Shown: positions 29,561 through 39,885 of the stretch, one piece after another
Numbering within the stretch: the stretch's first letter is position 1
Layout: each line of letters starts with the position of its first letter
Source of the DNA: a virus
Lineage: Duplodnaviria; Heunggongvirae; Uroviricota; Caudoviricetes
Strand: one strand, 5' to 3'
Length of the DNA: 64,000 nucleotides
IMG/VR virus record: IMGVR_UViG_3300024268_000040
The notes under the pieces: model-generated
Databases searched by the model: none
The model's input: only the letters and a program-made list of their open reading frames with translations
What the model was told of the DNA's origin: nothing
Program-made: the position numbers and the translations under genes

Positions 29561-29598
29561 TCAGGTCGGGGCGTTCCGCTCCGACTTGATTTTTTTAT
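29561..29598 (+). terminator. Rho-independent terminator.
   Basis: Imperfect GC hairpin gtcggggcg-ttc-cgctccgac followed by T7. Confidence 0.5.
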
Positions 29599-29632
29599 AA
29601 TTTTTTGGTATAATATAGTATAAGAAAATTGA
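29597..29632 (+). promoter_or_regulatory. Promoter with extended -10 and a conserved downstream box tggtataatatagtataagaaa.
   Basis: The same 22-nt box recurs at 39843-39864 upstream of the Pol III gene. Confidence 0.45.
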
Positions 29633-29647
29633 GAAAGGAGCATCATA

Positions 29648-30310
29648 GTGGCACACATAGTAACTTGCCCGTATTGTAAAATAAGATTCGATCGTGATAA
29701 GGAAGAATATGCCCTTGTCTCTGCGCGTCGATACGCCCACGCCGCATGTATGCTTCGTGAAGCAGAAAAAGACCCGAATTATGTAAAGAAAGAAATTATT
29801 GATCCAAACGATAATGTAGTTTGTGCTTATTGTAAAAAGCCAATGTCTAAAAAAGACGAAGATTGTGTTATGGTTGGCAATAATAAGTACGTGCATAAAG
29901 CGTGTCAAGAGTTGGAAGAGCATCGAGAAAAAACAGATAGAGAAAAACTGGAAGAATATATCAAAGAATTATTCCAAGTTTCATATATCGAGCCTCGTGT
30001 CAAAGCACAAATCAAGAAGTATGTAGAAGAATATAATTACACATATTCTGGTATGCAAAAAGCCTTATATTATCACTATGAAATAAAAGGTGGGGATAAA
30101 TCCAAAGCCAATGGTGGCATTGGTATTGTTCCATATGTATATCAAAATGCTTATAACTATTTCTATGAATTGTGGTTAGCTCAACAGAAGAATAAAGATG
30201 TGCAAATTGAATTATATCAGCCGAGAGTCAAGGAAATTGTCATTCCTCGACCCGAGCGTAAAGTAAAAAAACGTCCATTATTTACATTTTTGGACGAGGA
30301 AGGGGAATGA
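29648..30310 (+). CDS. Zinc-finger protein (two CxxC...H..AC/HKAC units), GTG start.
   Basis: SD aaaggag 8 nt before GTG 29648. TGA stop overlaps the dnaB start. Confidence 0.45.
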   Translation: MAHIVTCPYCKIRFDRDKEEYALVSARRYAHAACMLREAEKDPNYVKKEIIDPNDNVVCAYCKKPMSKKDEDCVMVGNNKYVHKACQELEEHREKTDREKLEEYIKELFQVSYIEPRVKAQIKKYVEEYNYTYSGMQKALYYHYEIKGGDKSKANGGIGIVPYVYQNAYNYFYELWLAQQKNKDVQIELYQPRVKEIVIPRPERKVKKRPLFTFLDEEGE

Positions 30311-30313
30311 TGA

Positions 30314-31362
30314 ATGGCGTCTAAATACGTCGATACAACAGCTATAATGTAGGTTATTGGCTGTGTTTTCAATACTCCTCAACTTTTGGAAATTACTGAT
30401 AGGTATTCAATCGTTGATGAAGATTTCGCCGATCCGTTTCACAAAACGATTTTCGGTGCAATTTATAAAATCCATGAGTTAGGTGCGAATAAAATTACAT
30501 TAGAAAGCATTTCTGATTTCTTCGCATCTCGACCCAAGAGCGCGGCTGTATATAAGCAAGGGAAGGGCGAAGAATGGCTACTCAAGGTATCTGAGAGTAG
30601 TATTCCATCAGCCTTCGATTATTATTACGGTCGTTTGAAAAAATTCTCTCTATTGAGAGCATTTGATAACTGCGGCATTGATGTTACTGACATTTATGAC
30701 CCAGATAATATTTTGGATGTAAAGAAGAAACAACTTCAAGAGGATCAATTAGATAATTCTTCACTGGAACAGATTGCTGATATTGTCGATGCGAAGATTG
30801 ATAATATTAGATTGCAATATGTTGATGATGCTTTTGGTGAAGCTCAACAAGCCGGTGAAGGTATTTTTGATTTGATTGAGAAATTCAAACAGCATCCAGA
30901 AGTCGGTGTACCTCTATATGGTCCGCTAATCAATACAGTTACTCGAGGCGCAAGACTGAAGAAATTTTACTTGCGGTCTGCGGCTACTGGTATCGGTAAG
31001 ACCCGTTCAATGATTGCGGATTGCTGCTACATCGGCTGCAATAAGATATATGATGAAACATTTGGTTGGATTGGCAGCGGTCCTGCAGAGCCAGTCTTAT
31101 TTATCACGACCGAGCAGGAGCTTGAAGAAATCCAAACTATGATGTTGGCATTTTTATCAAATGTAAATGAGGAACATATTCTAAATGGTGAGTATGGTGA
31201 GGGTGAGGAAGAGCGTGTTATGCAGGCTGCTAAACTCTTGAAAGAAAGTCCTATTTATGTTGAAGAATTACCAGATTTCTCATTGAAAGATGTAGAAGAT
31301 AAGATAAAGAAAAATATTCGTGAGCACGATGTAAAATATGTGTTCAACCCTATTAAAAGGGT
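30314..31362 (+). CDS. dnaB: DnaB-family replicative helicase, exon 1 (3' boundary approximate, 31347-31362). TAG at codon 13.
   Basis: SD gaggaagggga before ATG 30314. The N-terminal domain, Walker A SAATGIGKT and H1a region run into ...HDVKYVF. The read-through ORF hits TGA at 31373 inside intron sequence. Confidence 0.7.
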
Positions 31363-32435
31363 GTTGGGACAATGAAACACTTTTCCGCTAATCAGCGGGG
31401 TACCTGCGGCGGGCCCGGTCAAAGACCGGCGAACCGAGCAACCGCAAGTGCTAACGGGGAACCCTAAACAGTAATGCATGGGAATCCCGTGGGAAACTTT
31501 GGACGGAACTAGTCAATTGAGCTTTGACTTCTTTCATACTATAATGAAAGGAGTGGTTCTATGGGAATTATTTATTGTTTTACAAATAATGTAAATGGTA
31601 AAAAATATATCGGACAATCCATTAGCAAAGGTAATGCTCGATATAATAATCATAAAAGCAGTTATAAAAATCCAGATGATTGTGAATATGAATCTCCACT
31701 TCATCGAGCATTCCGCAAACACGGATTTGAAAATTTTACTTATGAAGTATTAGCACAAGATGTTGAAAATATTGATTTATTAAATCAATTAGAAATTCAA
31801 TATATTCAACAATATAATTGTCAAATACCAAATGGTTATAATATTGAACCCGGCGGTAAAAATTGTGCTAAACCCAAAACAATAGAGCATAGAAAGAAAG
31901 AAATTTGGGCTCAAGCGAAATTGACAGAAGAAGAAGTTATTGAATTAAGAAAGGCATATCAAAGAAAAGAAAGTCCTACTAAAATATATAAAGAAAAGTA
32001 TGAAGATATAATGCATTATAATTCTTTTCTAAATATTTGGTCTGGACGAAGATATGCTCTTATTATGCCAGAAGTATTTGAAAATGGACGTCATACAAAA
32101 CTCAATGCTGAAACTGTAAAACTTATTAGAAAGGATAGAGAAGAAACAAATCTTTCTTATGATAAGTTAGCAGAGAAGTATGGCATTTCAAAAGGCACTA
32201 TTGCTGACATAATCAAAAAACGAACTTGGAAAGATGTCTAAAGAACCTGTATCGACTATCCCCCAGGCCTTCTGGGCGGGGGAGTAGGGGTGCTATTGAT
32301 ACGCACTTGGATTTTAGGAAACGAAGTCCATTAAATGCCGAAACGGTGTCCTGCGGGACCCGGTCAGCCGTTCGCTGAACCGGGGCGACCGCAGTAAAAG
32401 ATAGTCAGCGCTTATAGAAATATAAGAGTCCGTTG
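31363..32435 (+). mobile_element. Group I intron (td-like core) carrying a GIY-YIG homing endonuclease gene; boundaries approximate.
   Basis: IGS candidate aacac (31376) complements exon gtgtt. aacggggaacc...ggaatcccgtgg resembles the td-intron P4-P6 core. R-like ggtcaaagaccgg and S-like aagatagtcagc elements are present. P9 hairpin cttata-gaaa-tataag before a terminal G. Coding resumes in frame ...DYIHTSLKILEE. Confidence 0.55.
31561..32241 (+). CDS. Intron-encoded GIY-YIG homing endonuclease.
   Basis: GIIYCFTNNVNGKKYIGQS...R..NH motifs. C-terminal HTH-like DNA-binding region. Its own SD aaaggag. Confidence 0.85.
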   Translation: MGIIYCFTNNVNGKKYIGQSISKGNARYNNHKSSYKNPDDCEYESPLHRAFRKHGFENFTYEVLAQDVENIDLLNQLEIQYIQQYNCQIPNGYNIEPGGKNCAKPKTIEHRKKEIWAQAKLTEEEVIELRKAYQRKESPTKIYKEKYEDIMHYNSFLNIWSGRRYALIMPEVFENGRHTKLNAETVKLIRKDREETNLSYDKLAEKYGISKGTIADIIKKRTWKDV

Positions 32436-32946
32436 CCACGATTATATTCATACGAGTTTGAAAATTTTGGAAGAAATCACTAAGCGTTCTGGTGGTGTCA
32501 AACTGAGAGAAGATAATATCTTGTTTATGTTATCTACTCGATTGAAAGATATCTGCAACCAACATGGTGTGTTTATCATGTCAGCCACTCAGTTGAACGG
32601 TGATTACCAGGATAGTAAAACTCCAGACCAGAACTTACTGCGTGGTGCGAAAGCTATCGCAGATAAGATTGACTATGGCTCCATTCTTCTTTCTGTAAAA
32701 GATGATGATTTGGTAGCCTTAGAAAATATATTATCCTCTAATATTTTTGAAAGACCTACAATTAAGATGTCAATTTACAAAAATAGACGAGGTAGATATA
32801 AGGGCGTAATTTTATGGTGTAAGGCAGATTTGGGCGTGTGTCGTATTAAACCAATGTTCTGCACTACCTATGATTATGAAATGGTGAGTATTGACGATGT
32901 TCGTATTAGAATTGACGAAGAATCAGCCTTCGAGTGCGAAGAGTAA
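32436..32946 (+). CDS. dnaB: DnaB-family helicase, exon 2 (5' boundary approximate).
   Basis: NILFMLSTRLKDICNQHGVFIMSATQLN matches the DnaB H3/H4 region EISRSLKALAKELNVPVVALSQLNR. Stop TAA 32944. Confidence 0.7.
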
Positions 32947-33022
32947 TCGAGGGCTGAGAGCAAAAGCTAATTTGTTACATGATTCCGATTTTGGAATTGT
33001 AAATAAGAAGGAGATAAATGAA

Positions 33023-33340
33023 ATGGCTGATTTTGTAAAAAACGATAAGAGAAATAACAACAACGGTAAGAAGAACTTCAATCGCAACAACAACCGCCCC
33101 AATAACAAGCCTAACAATGGTTTTACCGGCAAGAAGCGTGACACTGTGCCCGCTCCCGATGTTTGCGCCGGCACCGTCGAGTACAAGATGGGTAAGCTGA
33201 TGGCTGATGAAATCCTCAAGGCTGCCAAGGGTAAGAGTGGCAAGTTACCCAAGCCCGCACATGAGATTCTGTGCGATTATGTAAATACTCAGATGGGTCT
33301 GAAAGGATACTGCGTCAAGGTTCTTGTTGATATCAACTAA
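33023..33340 (+). CDS. Small basic Asn-rich protein, possibly nucleic-acid binding.
   Basis: SD aaggag before ATG 33023 within listed ORF 32891..33340. Confidence 0.35.
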   Translation: MADFVKNDKRNNNNGKKNFNRNNNRPNNKPNNGFTGKKRDTVPAPDVCAGTVEYKMGKLMADEILKAAKGKSGKLPKPAHEILCDYVNTQMGLKGYCVKVLVDIN

Positions 33341-34443
33341 TGTTGGTATTTGATAAAACCAAAATCCGTGAGGCTCTCACCGACGAAAATGTATTCGATT
33401 TACTTCAAGAATGGGGCGGAGATCCGAGTCGAGACACATTCGGCTTCGTCTCCGCTACCATCTGTCACAACCCTCCTGGTGAAGGTAGTAGAAAGCTATA
33501 TTACTATGAAAACACCGGCTTGTTCCGCTGCTACACTGGCTGCGATAGTTATTTCGATATTTTCGAGTTGACAGCCAAGGTCGCTCAGATTCAATGGCAT
33601 AGAGAGTTCGACCTAAATGACGCAGTAAGGTGGATCGCTCAAAGATTTGGATTTTCTGGCGACCATGAAAATAGACCAGAAGATGAAGATTTAGACGATT
33701 GGAAATACCTAGCTAACTACGAGCGAATTCAAGATATTGAGGTGAAGGATAACTCGGTTATCCTAAAAGAATATGAAAATGGTATATTGGAACGCTTCAA
33801 CTACTCGCTGAAGATAGGTCCCTGGTTGCGAGAGGGTATTACTCAGGCCGCATTAGACCAAGCAAAAATTGGTTTTTATCCAGGAGGCGACCAAATCACA
33901 ATTCCGCATTTCGATAAAGATGGTCGATTTGTGGGACTGCGCGGACGCACCCTGTGTGCGGAAGAGGGCGAGCGTTTTGGTAAGTATAGACCGATGCGTA
34001 TAAACGGACAATTATATAATCATCCTCTTGGAATGAACTTATATAACTTTAATAACAGTCGTAAGAATATTGGTGTTATGAAAAAAGCGATTATTTTTGA
34101 AGGAGAAAAATCTTGTCTGTTATATCAATCATATTTCGGATTAGAAAATGATATATCGGTTGCGTGTTGCGGTTCAAGCGTATCGGCTTGTCAGATTCAA
34201 ATGCTCTTAGACGCTGGCGCAGAAGAGATTATAATTGCGTTTGATCGCCAGTTCCAAGAAATTGGTGATGAAGAATTCAAGCATTTGAAAATGAATTTAT
34301 TGCGATTAAGAACAAAATATAAGAACTATGCAACAATATCTTTTATATTCGATAAAAATAAAATTACAGGATACAAGGACTCGCCGATCGACTGCGGGCC
34401 GCAAGTATTCCTGCAACTATTCAAAGAGAGGATAGTGTTGTAA
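33340..34443 (+). CDS. dnaG: DnaG-like DNA primase (CHC2 zinc finger plus TOPRIM).
   Basis: CHNPPGEGSRKLYYYENTGLFRCYTGC zinc-binding motif. IIFEGEKSCLL and IIAFDRQ TOPRIM motifs. Confidence 0.8.
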   Translation: MLVFDKTKIREALTDENVFDLLQEWGGDPSRDTFGFVSATICHNPPGEGSRKLYYYENTGLFRCYTGCDSYFDIFELTAKVAQIQWHREFDLNDAVRWIAQRFGFSGDHENRPEDEDLDDWKYLANYERIQDIEVKDNSVILKEYENGILERFNYSLKIGPWLREGITQAALDQAKIGFYPGGDQITIPHFDKDGRFVGLRGRTLCAEEGERFGKYRPMRINGQLYNHPLGMNLYNFNNSRKNIGVMKKAIIFEGEKSCLLYQSYFGLENDISVACCGSSVSACQIQMLLDAGAEEIIIAFDRQFQEIGDEEFKHLKMNLLRLRTKYKNYATISFIFDKNKITGYKDSPIDCGPQVFLQLFKERIVL

Positions 34444-34496
34444 TGTACGACCTAAATGAAGTATTCAAAAATGGTCCATAGGACATTCAAGAGCGC

Positions 34497-34763
34497 ATGG
34501 ATGTAATTGCTAATACCATTGACGGTATTATGAAATTGCAAAGTGAGCTTCAAGCGCTAGGCTATTGGTGTCCTCACTGTCAGAGATGGTATTATCAAGA
34601 TGATTGTGGACTTCGAGAAAAAACATATACTAAACTCATTTGTACTAATCCCTTCCAAGGATATTTAGATCCTTATGAGTATGAAGAGCGTACAGTTCAC
34701 GACTGGTATGATATTTGCCCCGAAGGCCATGAAATTAGTAGTAAACCGAGGTTCCAGCTATGA
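34497..34763 (+). CDS. Small zinc-ribbon protein.
   Basis: CPHCQ...C motif in an 88-aa ORF. Confidence 0.35.
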   Translation: MDVIANTIDGIMKLQSELQALGYWCPHCQRWYYQDDCGLREKTYTKLICTNPFQGYLDPYEYEERTVHDWYDICPEGHEISSKPRFQL

Positions 34764-35116
34764 GAGGAATTATTTGGGCCTATGAAAGTGATGGGGCGAA
34801 TGAAAAATTACTTGAAATTGAAGAGCAGTATGCTCGAATGGATATTAAACCAATAAGACGAGTAATTAGTAAATCTGCAGGCTCTTGGATTTTATTCGAT
34901 AATGATGATATTTGGAGAGTTGTGCGCGCCTCGGATAGCGGACGAGGTCACTCGGCAAATGTGTCTTATATCGACCGCCGCATTTCTCAAGAAGCAATCA
35001 ACACCATTATTAAGCCAGCAACTAAGGCTATGCCTTATCAATCATTTCGTTTTTATCTTCCTTCCTCTTATGACTGGACGAGAGAGGATGAAGAAATTGA
35101 AGCAAAATTCATATAA
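34760..35116 (+). CDS. Hypothetical protein.
   Basis: 118-aa ORF with ATGA overlap. Confidence 0.35.
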   Translation: MRGIIWAYESDGANEKLLEIEEQYARMDIKPIRRVISKSAGSWILFDNDDIWRVVRASDSGRGHSANVSYIDRRISQEAINTIIKPATKAMPYQSFRFYLPSSYDWTREDEEIEAKFI

Positions 35117-35157
35117 TAAGTTAGTGGTGATCTACATGAAAGGAGGTTGAATACTTT

Positions 35158-36897
35158 ATGGAGTATCAACTTATTGTACCTAATATCCCGCTGGAGAAAT
35201 AGCTAACAGCGGTCGAATAGGTACTTGCCAACCGGGGCATTGTACCGGCGAATGTAGAACACTATCTACATACTACTGATGCAGATATTTTAGACCCAAA
35301 AATTCTTATGAATATCCAAGAGGGTGTAAAACTTCTCATCAAACATATCGCACAAAATGACAAAGTTCTAATTCAGATTGATAGCGACTGTGATGGTTAT
35401 ACAAGTGCGGCCGCCCTTATCAACTATCTGAATTGTCTATTCCCCGGTTTTGTGTAGAACAATGTATATTATCGTATCCATACGGGGAAACAGCACGGCA
35501 TTATTCTTGATACTGTTCCCGCAGATGTCAAGTTAGTGATTGCGCCCGACTCAAGTTCCAATGATTATGAAGAGCATAAGACATTGGCTGAAAAAGGCGT
35601 GGATGTGCTGGTAATTGACCACCACGAAGCAGATAGTATCTCAGAACACGCCTGTATTATCAACAATCAGCTGTGTGATTATCCCACTAAGTCTTTGTCT
35701 GGTGTCGGAATGGTATATAAATTCTGTTCCTATATCGACGAGCTTATGAATGTTGATTATGCAGATCAGTTTTTAGATTTGGTCGCACTCGGAATGGTGG
35801 CCGACATGATGGATCTACGCGATTTTGAAACGAGACACCTTATCACGCGAGGACTCGAGAATATTCGCAATCCATACTTCAAGGGAATGGTAGACAAACA
35901 AGCATATTCGTTGAAAGACGGTATCAGTCCTATTGGAGTAGCTTTTTATATTGCTCCCTATGTAAATGCCACGATAAGAATGGGAACGCAGGAAGAAAAG
36001 CTCATGCTATTCGAGTCTATGCTTGACTATCGGGGATATGAACTAGTCCCATCAACCAAGAGAGGATGTAAGGGTCAGCAGGAGACGAGAGTAGAACAGG
36101 CTTGTCGTAATTGCACTAACATCAAAAATAGGCAAACAAAAGCAAGAGACGCAGCCTTGGAGACAATTGAACGCATAATCAAAGAGAAAAATCTGTTAGA
36201 GAATAAGATTTTGGCTATCAAATTAGATACTTTTGCGGCCGATAAAAACCTTACTGGTTTGATTGCAAACCAGCTAATGGCGAAATATCAACGCCCAGTA
36301 CTTCTACTTAATAAGACAGAAGATGGCTGGGAGGGTTCAGGAAGAGGATACGATAAATCGAAATTTGATAACCTCCGTGAGTTTTTGAAAGATAGTGAAT
36401 TGGTAATGTATGCAGAAGGTCACGCCAACGCATTGGGTGTTGGTATCACTGATGCAAACTTTACTCAATTTGTAAATTACTCCAATCACGCTTTGGCAGA
36501 TTTTGACTTTACCCCTTGTTATAAGGTTGATTTCATTTTCCACGGTGATGATTTCAGAGGAAAAGACATTGTGGAAATTGCTGAACTCAAATCTTTATGG
36601 GGCCAAGGAGTAGATGAACCTCTGGTTGCCATCGAACATATCAATCTACATAAAGATAATATTGTTCTTATGTCACCAGACAAGAGTCCTACTCTAAAGA
36701 TAACCTTACCAAATGGTACGAGTTTAATCAAATTCAAGTCGTCACAAGAGGAGTATGAAAAATTACACTCTGAAACTGGTTGTATAACCATCAATGTTGT
36801 GGGCAAGTGTGAACGCAACATATGGAATGGTATTGTAAGTCCACAAATTATTATTGAAGATTACGAAATTGTAGGAGAACAGAAATACTATTTCTAA
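35158..36897 (+). CDS. recJ: RecJ-like DHH-family ssDNA exonuclease; three in-frame TAGs in the first 93 codons.
   Basis: SD aaaggagg before ATG 35158. IDSDCDGYTSAAALINYL (DHH motif I) is upstream of the listed ORF. VIDHHE motif III. DHHA1-like C-terminal region. Confidence 0.75.
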
Positions 36898-36930
36898 TTG
36901 ACGGCCTGATAGTAATATTAGGAGGAAATT

Positions 36931-37821
36931 ATGAAACAGAAAATTATCGGTGTATTGTTGATTATAGCCATGTTTATTAGCACTCTAAGTGTTATTGCAT
37001 ATGCAGCAGGTACTGTGGTCGCAGACACCAATCCAGTTGCTACTTTTTCGGAAGATTACATCCCTTCTGAGACTACCACCTTTCCAGTAGATACTGAGTC
37101 TACTGAACCAGAAGAGGTAGTTATTGTATTAGATACCGTGGAGTTCAAGCGTGTTGAACCTACTACATATGATGAAGCTACTTCTCTATTGGAAGAAGCT
37201 ATTGCTCGCCAGGAGCTTACTGAAACCATCTATCAAGGTTTCCTAACTCTCGGTTATGCGGACGACCATCCCGCAGTAGTATTAGCTAAAACCGATATTG
37301 AAAATGCAACAATTGAAGTTGAGTATTACCAAGAGCAATTCTCAATTTGGGAAGAGAAACTCAAATGGGAGAAGCGTGCGGCCGAGTATCCAGTTGCTAC
37401 TCAAGTCTGGCTCTATATGAAGAATGAGCTGGGTTATAGTGATACTGTGTGCGCCGGTATTATGGGTAATATGATGGCTGAGTGCGGCGGTTGCTGGACT
37501 TCCGATCTCGATTGGGACGTACATAGCTCAAGTGGTTTCGGTATGATTCAGTGGCTAGGCGGCCGCAAGCGTCAACTATTTTCAATTTACGGAGAAAATC
37601 CAAGTATTGAAGATCAGCTCAATTTTATGCACGATGAGTTGCACGGCACTGATGGAGTTACCAAACAAGTTACAAATTGGCAACTCGAGCAAATCATGGA
37701 AGCCGACACTCCGGAAGAATGTGCCTACGCCTTCGCTTGTTATTTCGAGCGTTGTGGTGAAGGACATAGAGCGCCTCGTAGAGGATACGCAAGACGAGCT
37801 TACGAGTATTTCGTAGGGTAA
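36931..37821 (+). CDS. Signal-anchored protein with a C-terminal lysozyme-like (tail-lysozyme/ORF14-type) domain.
   Basis: N-terminal signal/TM segment. GIMGNMMAECGG...GFGMIQW is similar to the GLMGNLFAESGL domain of the 4554 lysin. Confidence 0.55.
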   Translation: MKQKIIGVLLIIAMFISTLSVIAYAAGTVVADTNPVATFSEDYIPSETTTFPVDTESTEPEEVVIVLDTVEFKRVEPTTYDEATSLLEEAIARQELTETIYQGFLTLGYADDHPAVVLAKTDIENATIEVEYYQEQFSIWEEKLKWEKRAAEYPVATQVWLYMKNELGYSDTVCAGIMGNMMAECGGCWTSDLDWDVHSSSGFGMIQWLGGRKRQLFSIYGENPSIEDQLNFMHDELHGTDGVTKQVTNWQLEQIMEADTPEECAYAFACYFERCGEGHRAPRRGYARRAYEYFVG

Positions 37822-37828
37822 GTAAATA

Positions 37829-37871
37829 GGTTATATAGGGGTTCGCCCCTATATAACCCTTATTTTTGTTT
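37829..37871 (+). terminator. Strong rho-independent terminator.
   Basis: 13-bp perfect stem ggttatatagggg-ttcg-cccctatataacc plus a T-run. Confidence 0.65.
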
Positions 37872-37886
37872 ATAGGAGATGGAAAG

Positions 37887-38330
37887 ATGGCAGTTTTGAA
37901 ATAGATACAAAATGATATTATGCTAAACTTACCAAGCGTATCAGACGCTACAATAAGTTTGAGTTCAGTGGTGGCCCAAGTCGGCTGTACCACATAGCAA
38001 ATGACAGAAGCTCTGCGTAAGTTATCAGAGTTGATGCAACAGATGGATTGGGCGACTACTGAAATCACTGCCATAAAGGATTCAATGAGTGATTTGAGGT
38101 ATGATGTGGATTGTGCGGATGCCGCTAATAGCGCTCGGACAGACTTGGTAGAAATGCAAATAGACGAGCTCCGATCGGCATTGGACGCCAAGACCGAAAA
38201 CTCAAATCAAAAAGGCGGTTTAGAAATTTCAAATCGAATTGTTCCCAGTGAGGATTTTCTTATTTTGGGAGATATTGGTTGGTCTGATGATATTATAAAC
38301 TTAGACAAGACCAATATGTTTTTGAATTGA
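37887..38330 (+). CDS. Hypothetical protein with TAGs at codons 6 and 37.
   Basis: SD aggag before ATG 37887. In frame with listed ORF 38001..38330. Confidence 0.4.
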
Positions 38331-38378
38331 TTTATATAAAATATTTTGGTATAATAAAAATAAAAAGGTGAGAATAAA

Positions 38379-38666
38379 ATGACGGATTACGCAAAAAGTC
38401 TGAAAGAAAAATTGGATATTGTAAGATTACCAAGAGAAGATTTCGATGAATTGGTAAAAGACCGTTTAGATTTTGGATTTGATAGTATCTATTTTAGATA
38501 TGCCGAAGTCTGTGATGAATTGGCTGCGTATATGTCTAGAGCCGATCATATTGACCCCGTTGACGCGCGTCGGCGTATGAATGGTCGTAAGCAGCATTTT
38601 TATATGACATTAGAACAGCTGGTTCACGCCCATCCAAAGGAGGATGAAAATGGTACTTACTGCTAA
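38379..38666 (+). CDS. Hypothetical protein.
   Basis: 95-aa ORF preceded by a TTGATT-17-TATAAT promoter at 38331-38360. Confidence 0.4.
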   Translation: MTDYAKSLKEKLDIVRLPREDFDELVKDRLDFGFDSIYFRYAEVCDELAAYMSRADHIDPVDARRRMNGRKQHFYMTLEQLVHAHPKEDENGTYC

Positions 38667-39825
38667 ATAGGAAGAGGGATTAAAGATTGCGGTCGCCCGC
38701 TATAAGAACAATGAACCCTGGACCTGTATCGCCGGTTACGCTGGTACTGGTAAGAGTACACTTGTGAAGTTTATCGTTGCAGCGCTGGGTCTATATCCCG
38801 CAGAGGTTTGTTATATCGCATTCACAGGCAAGGCCGCAAAGGTTTTGCGTGAAAAAGGATGCGAGAATGCCATGACCGCACACAGACTGTTATATCAGTC
38901 CTATCCTCGCAATGATGGAACATTCTATCACAAACCTCGTAGACCTCTGGACTATCCATATAAGTTGATTGTTGTCGATGAAATTTCAATGCTTCCAAAA
39001 GAGATTTGGGATTTGTTGACTTCACATCGTATTCATGTTATTGCTCTTGGCGACCCCGGCCAGCTTCCTCCTATTGGTGAGTCTAATGGAGTGCTCGACC
39101 ATCCGCACATTTTCTTGGATGAGATTATGCGCCAAGCCCAGGAGAGTGAAATCATTCGTTTGACTATGGATATTCGAGACGGCAAACCTCTCGAACTCTT
39201 CCGAGGAAACGAAGTGCAAATCATTGATAAGAAAGATGTTGTGTCTGGTATGTATACTTGGGCCGACCAGATCCTTGTAGCAAAGAATGAGACACGCCGT
39301 ACGGTAAATCATCTTATGCGTAAGTATTTACATGACATTGACGATCCGACTCCAATAGTAGGAGATAAGGTTATTTGTTTGCGGAATGACTGGGATCATC
39401 CGAGTGAAGCGGGCGATGTAATGGTGAATGGCACTATTGGCACACTTACTAAGATTGATTTGTTGAATAACAATCCTTATTTGCGGCCGATGATGGTTTG
39501 CGATTTTTGGTCTGATGATTATTCAGACGATGATGTTGAAAACTCTCCACAGGATTTGATTTTCCGTGGTGTAAATATGGATTACAGATTACTCACTACT
39601 GGTGAGCCGACCGTAACCGCGCAGAACTGGAAGCGCTTCCCTAAGATTTGGCGCCCCCGTGAATTCGACTATGGTTATTGTATTACTACCCATAAGGCGC
39701 AGGGTAGTGAATATGATAAAGTTCTTGTTTTTGAAGAATTTTTGCGTGGTGGACACCATGCAGAGTGGCTATATACAGCTGCTACGCGCGCCAAAGAAAA
39801 GCTCGTTATCGTGCGAGATAGTTGA
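38650..39825 (+). CDS. RecD/Dda-like SF1 helicase with TAG at codon 7.
   Basis: SD aaggagg before ATG 38650. Walker A GYAGTGKST lies upstream of listed ORF 38764. VVDEISM Walker B. C-terminal helicase motifs (ITTHKAQGSEYD). Confidence 0.75.
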
Positions 39826-39829
39826 CAAT

Positions 39830-39864
39830 AGAGAAAAAAATTGGTATAATATAGTATAAGAAAT
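39830..39864 (+). promoter_or_regulatory. Promoter TTGACA-17-TATAAT plus the conserved tggtataatatagtataagaaa box.
   Basis: ttgaca atagagaaaaaaattgg tataat. Confidence 0.5.
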
Positions 39865-39885
39865 CAAATTGAAAGGGATAATCGA

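Noticed and set aside
31380-31500. GC-rich structured segment as a possible tRNA or ncRNA gene
   Set aside because: It is the 5' core of the group I intron (td-like P3-P6 elements). No cloverleaf and no T-loop GTTCRANYC box was found. No tRNA could be identified anywhere in the window.
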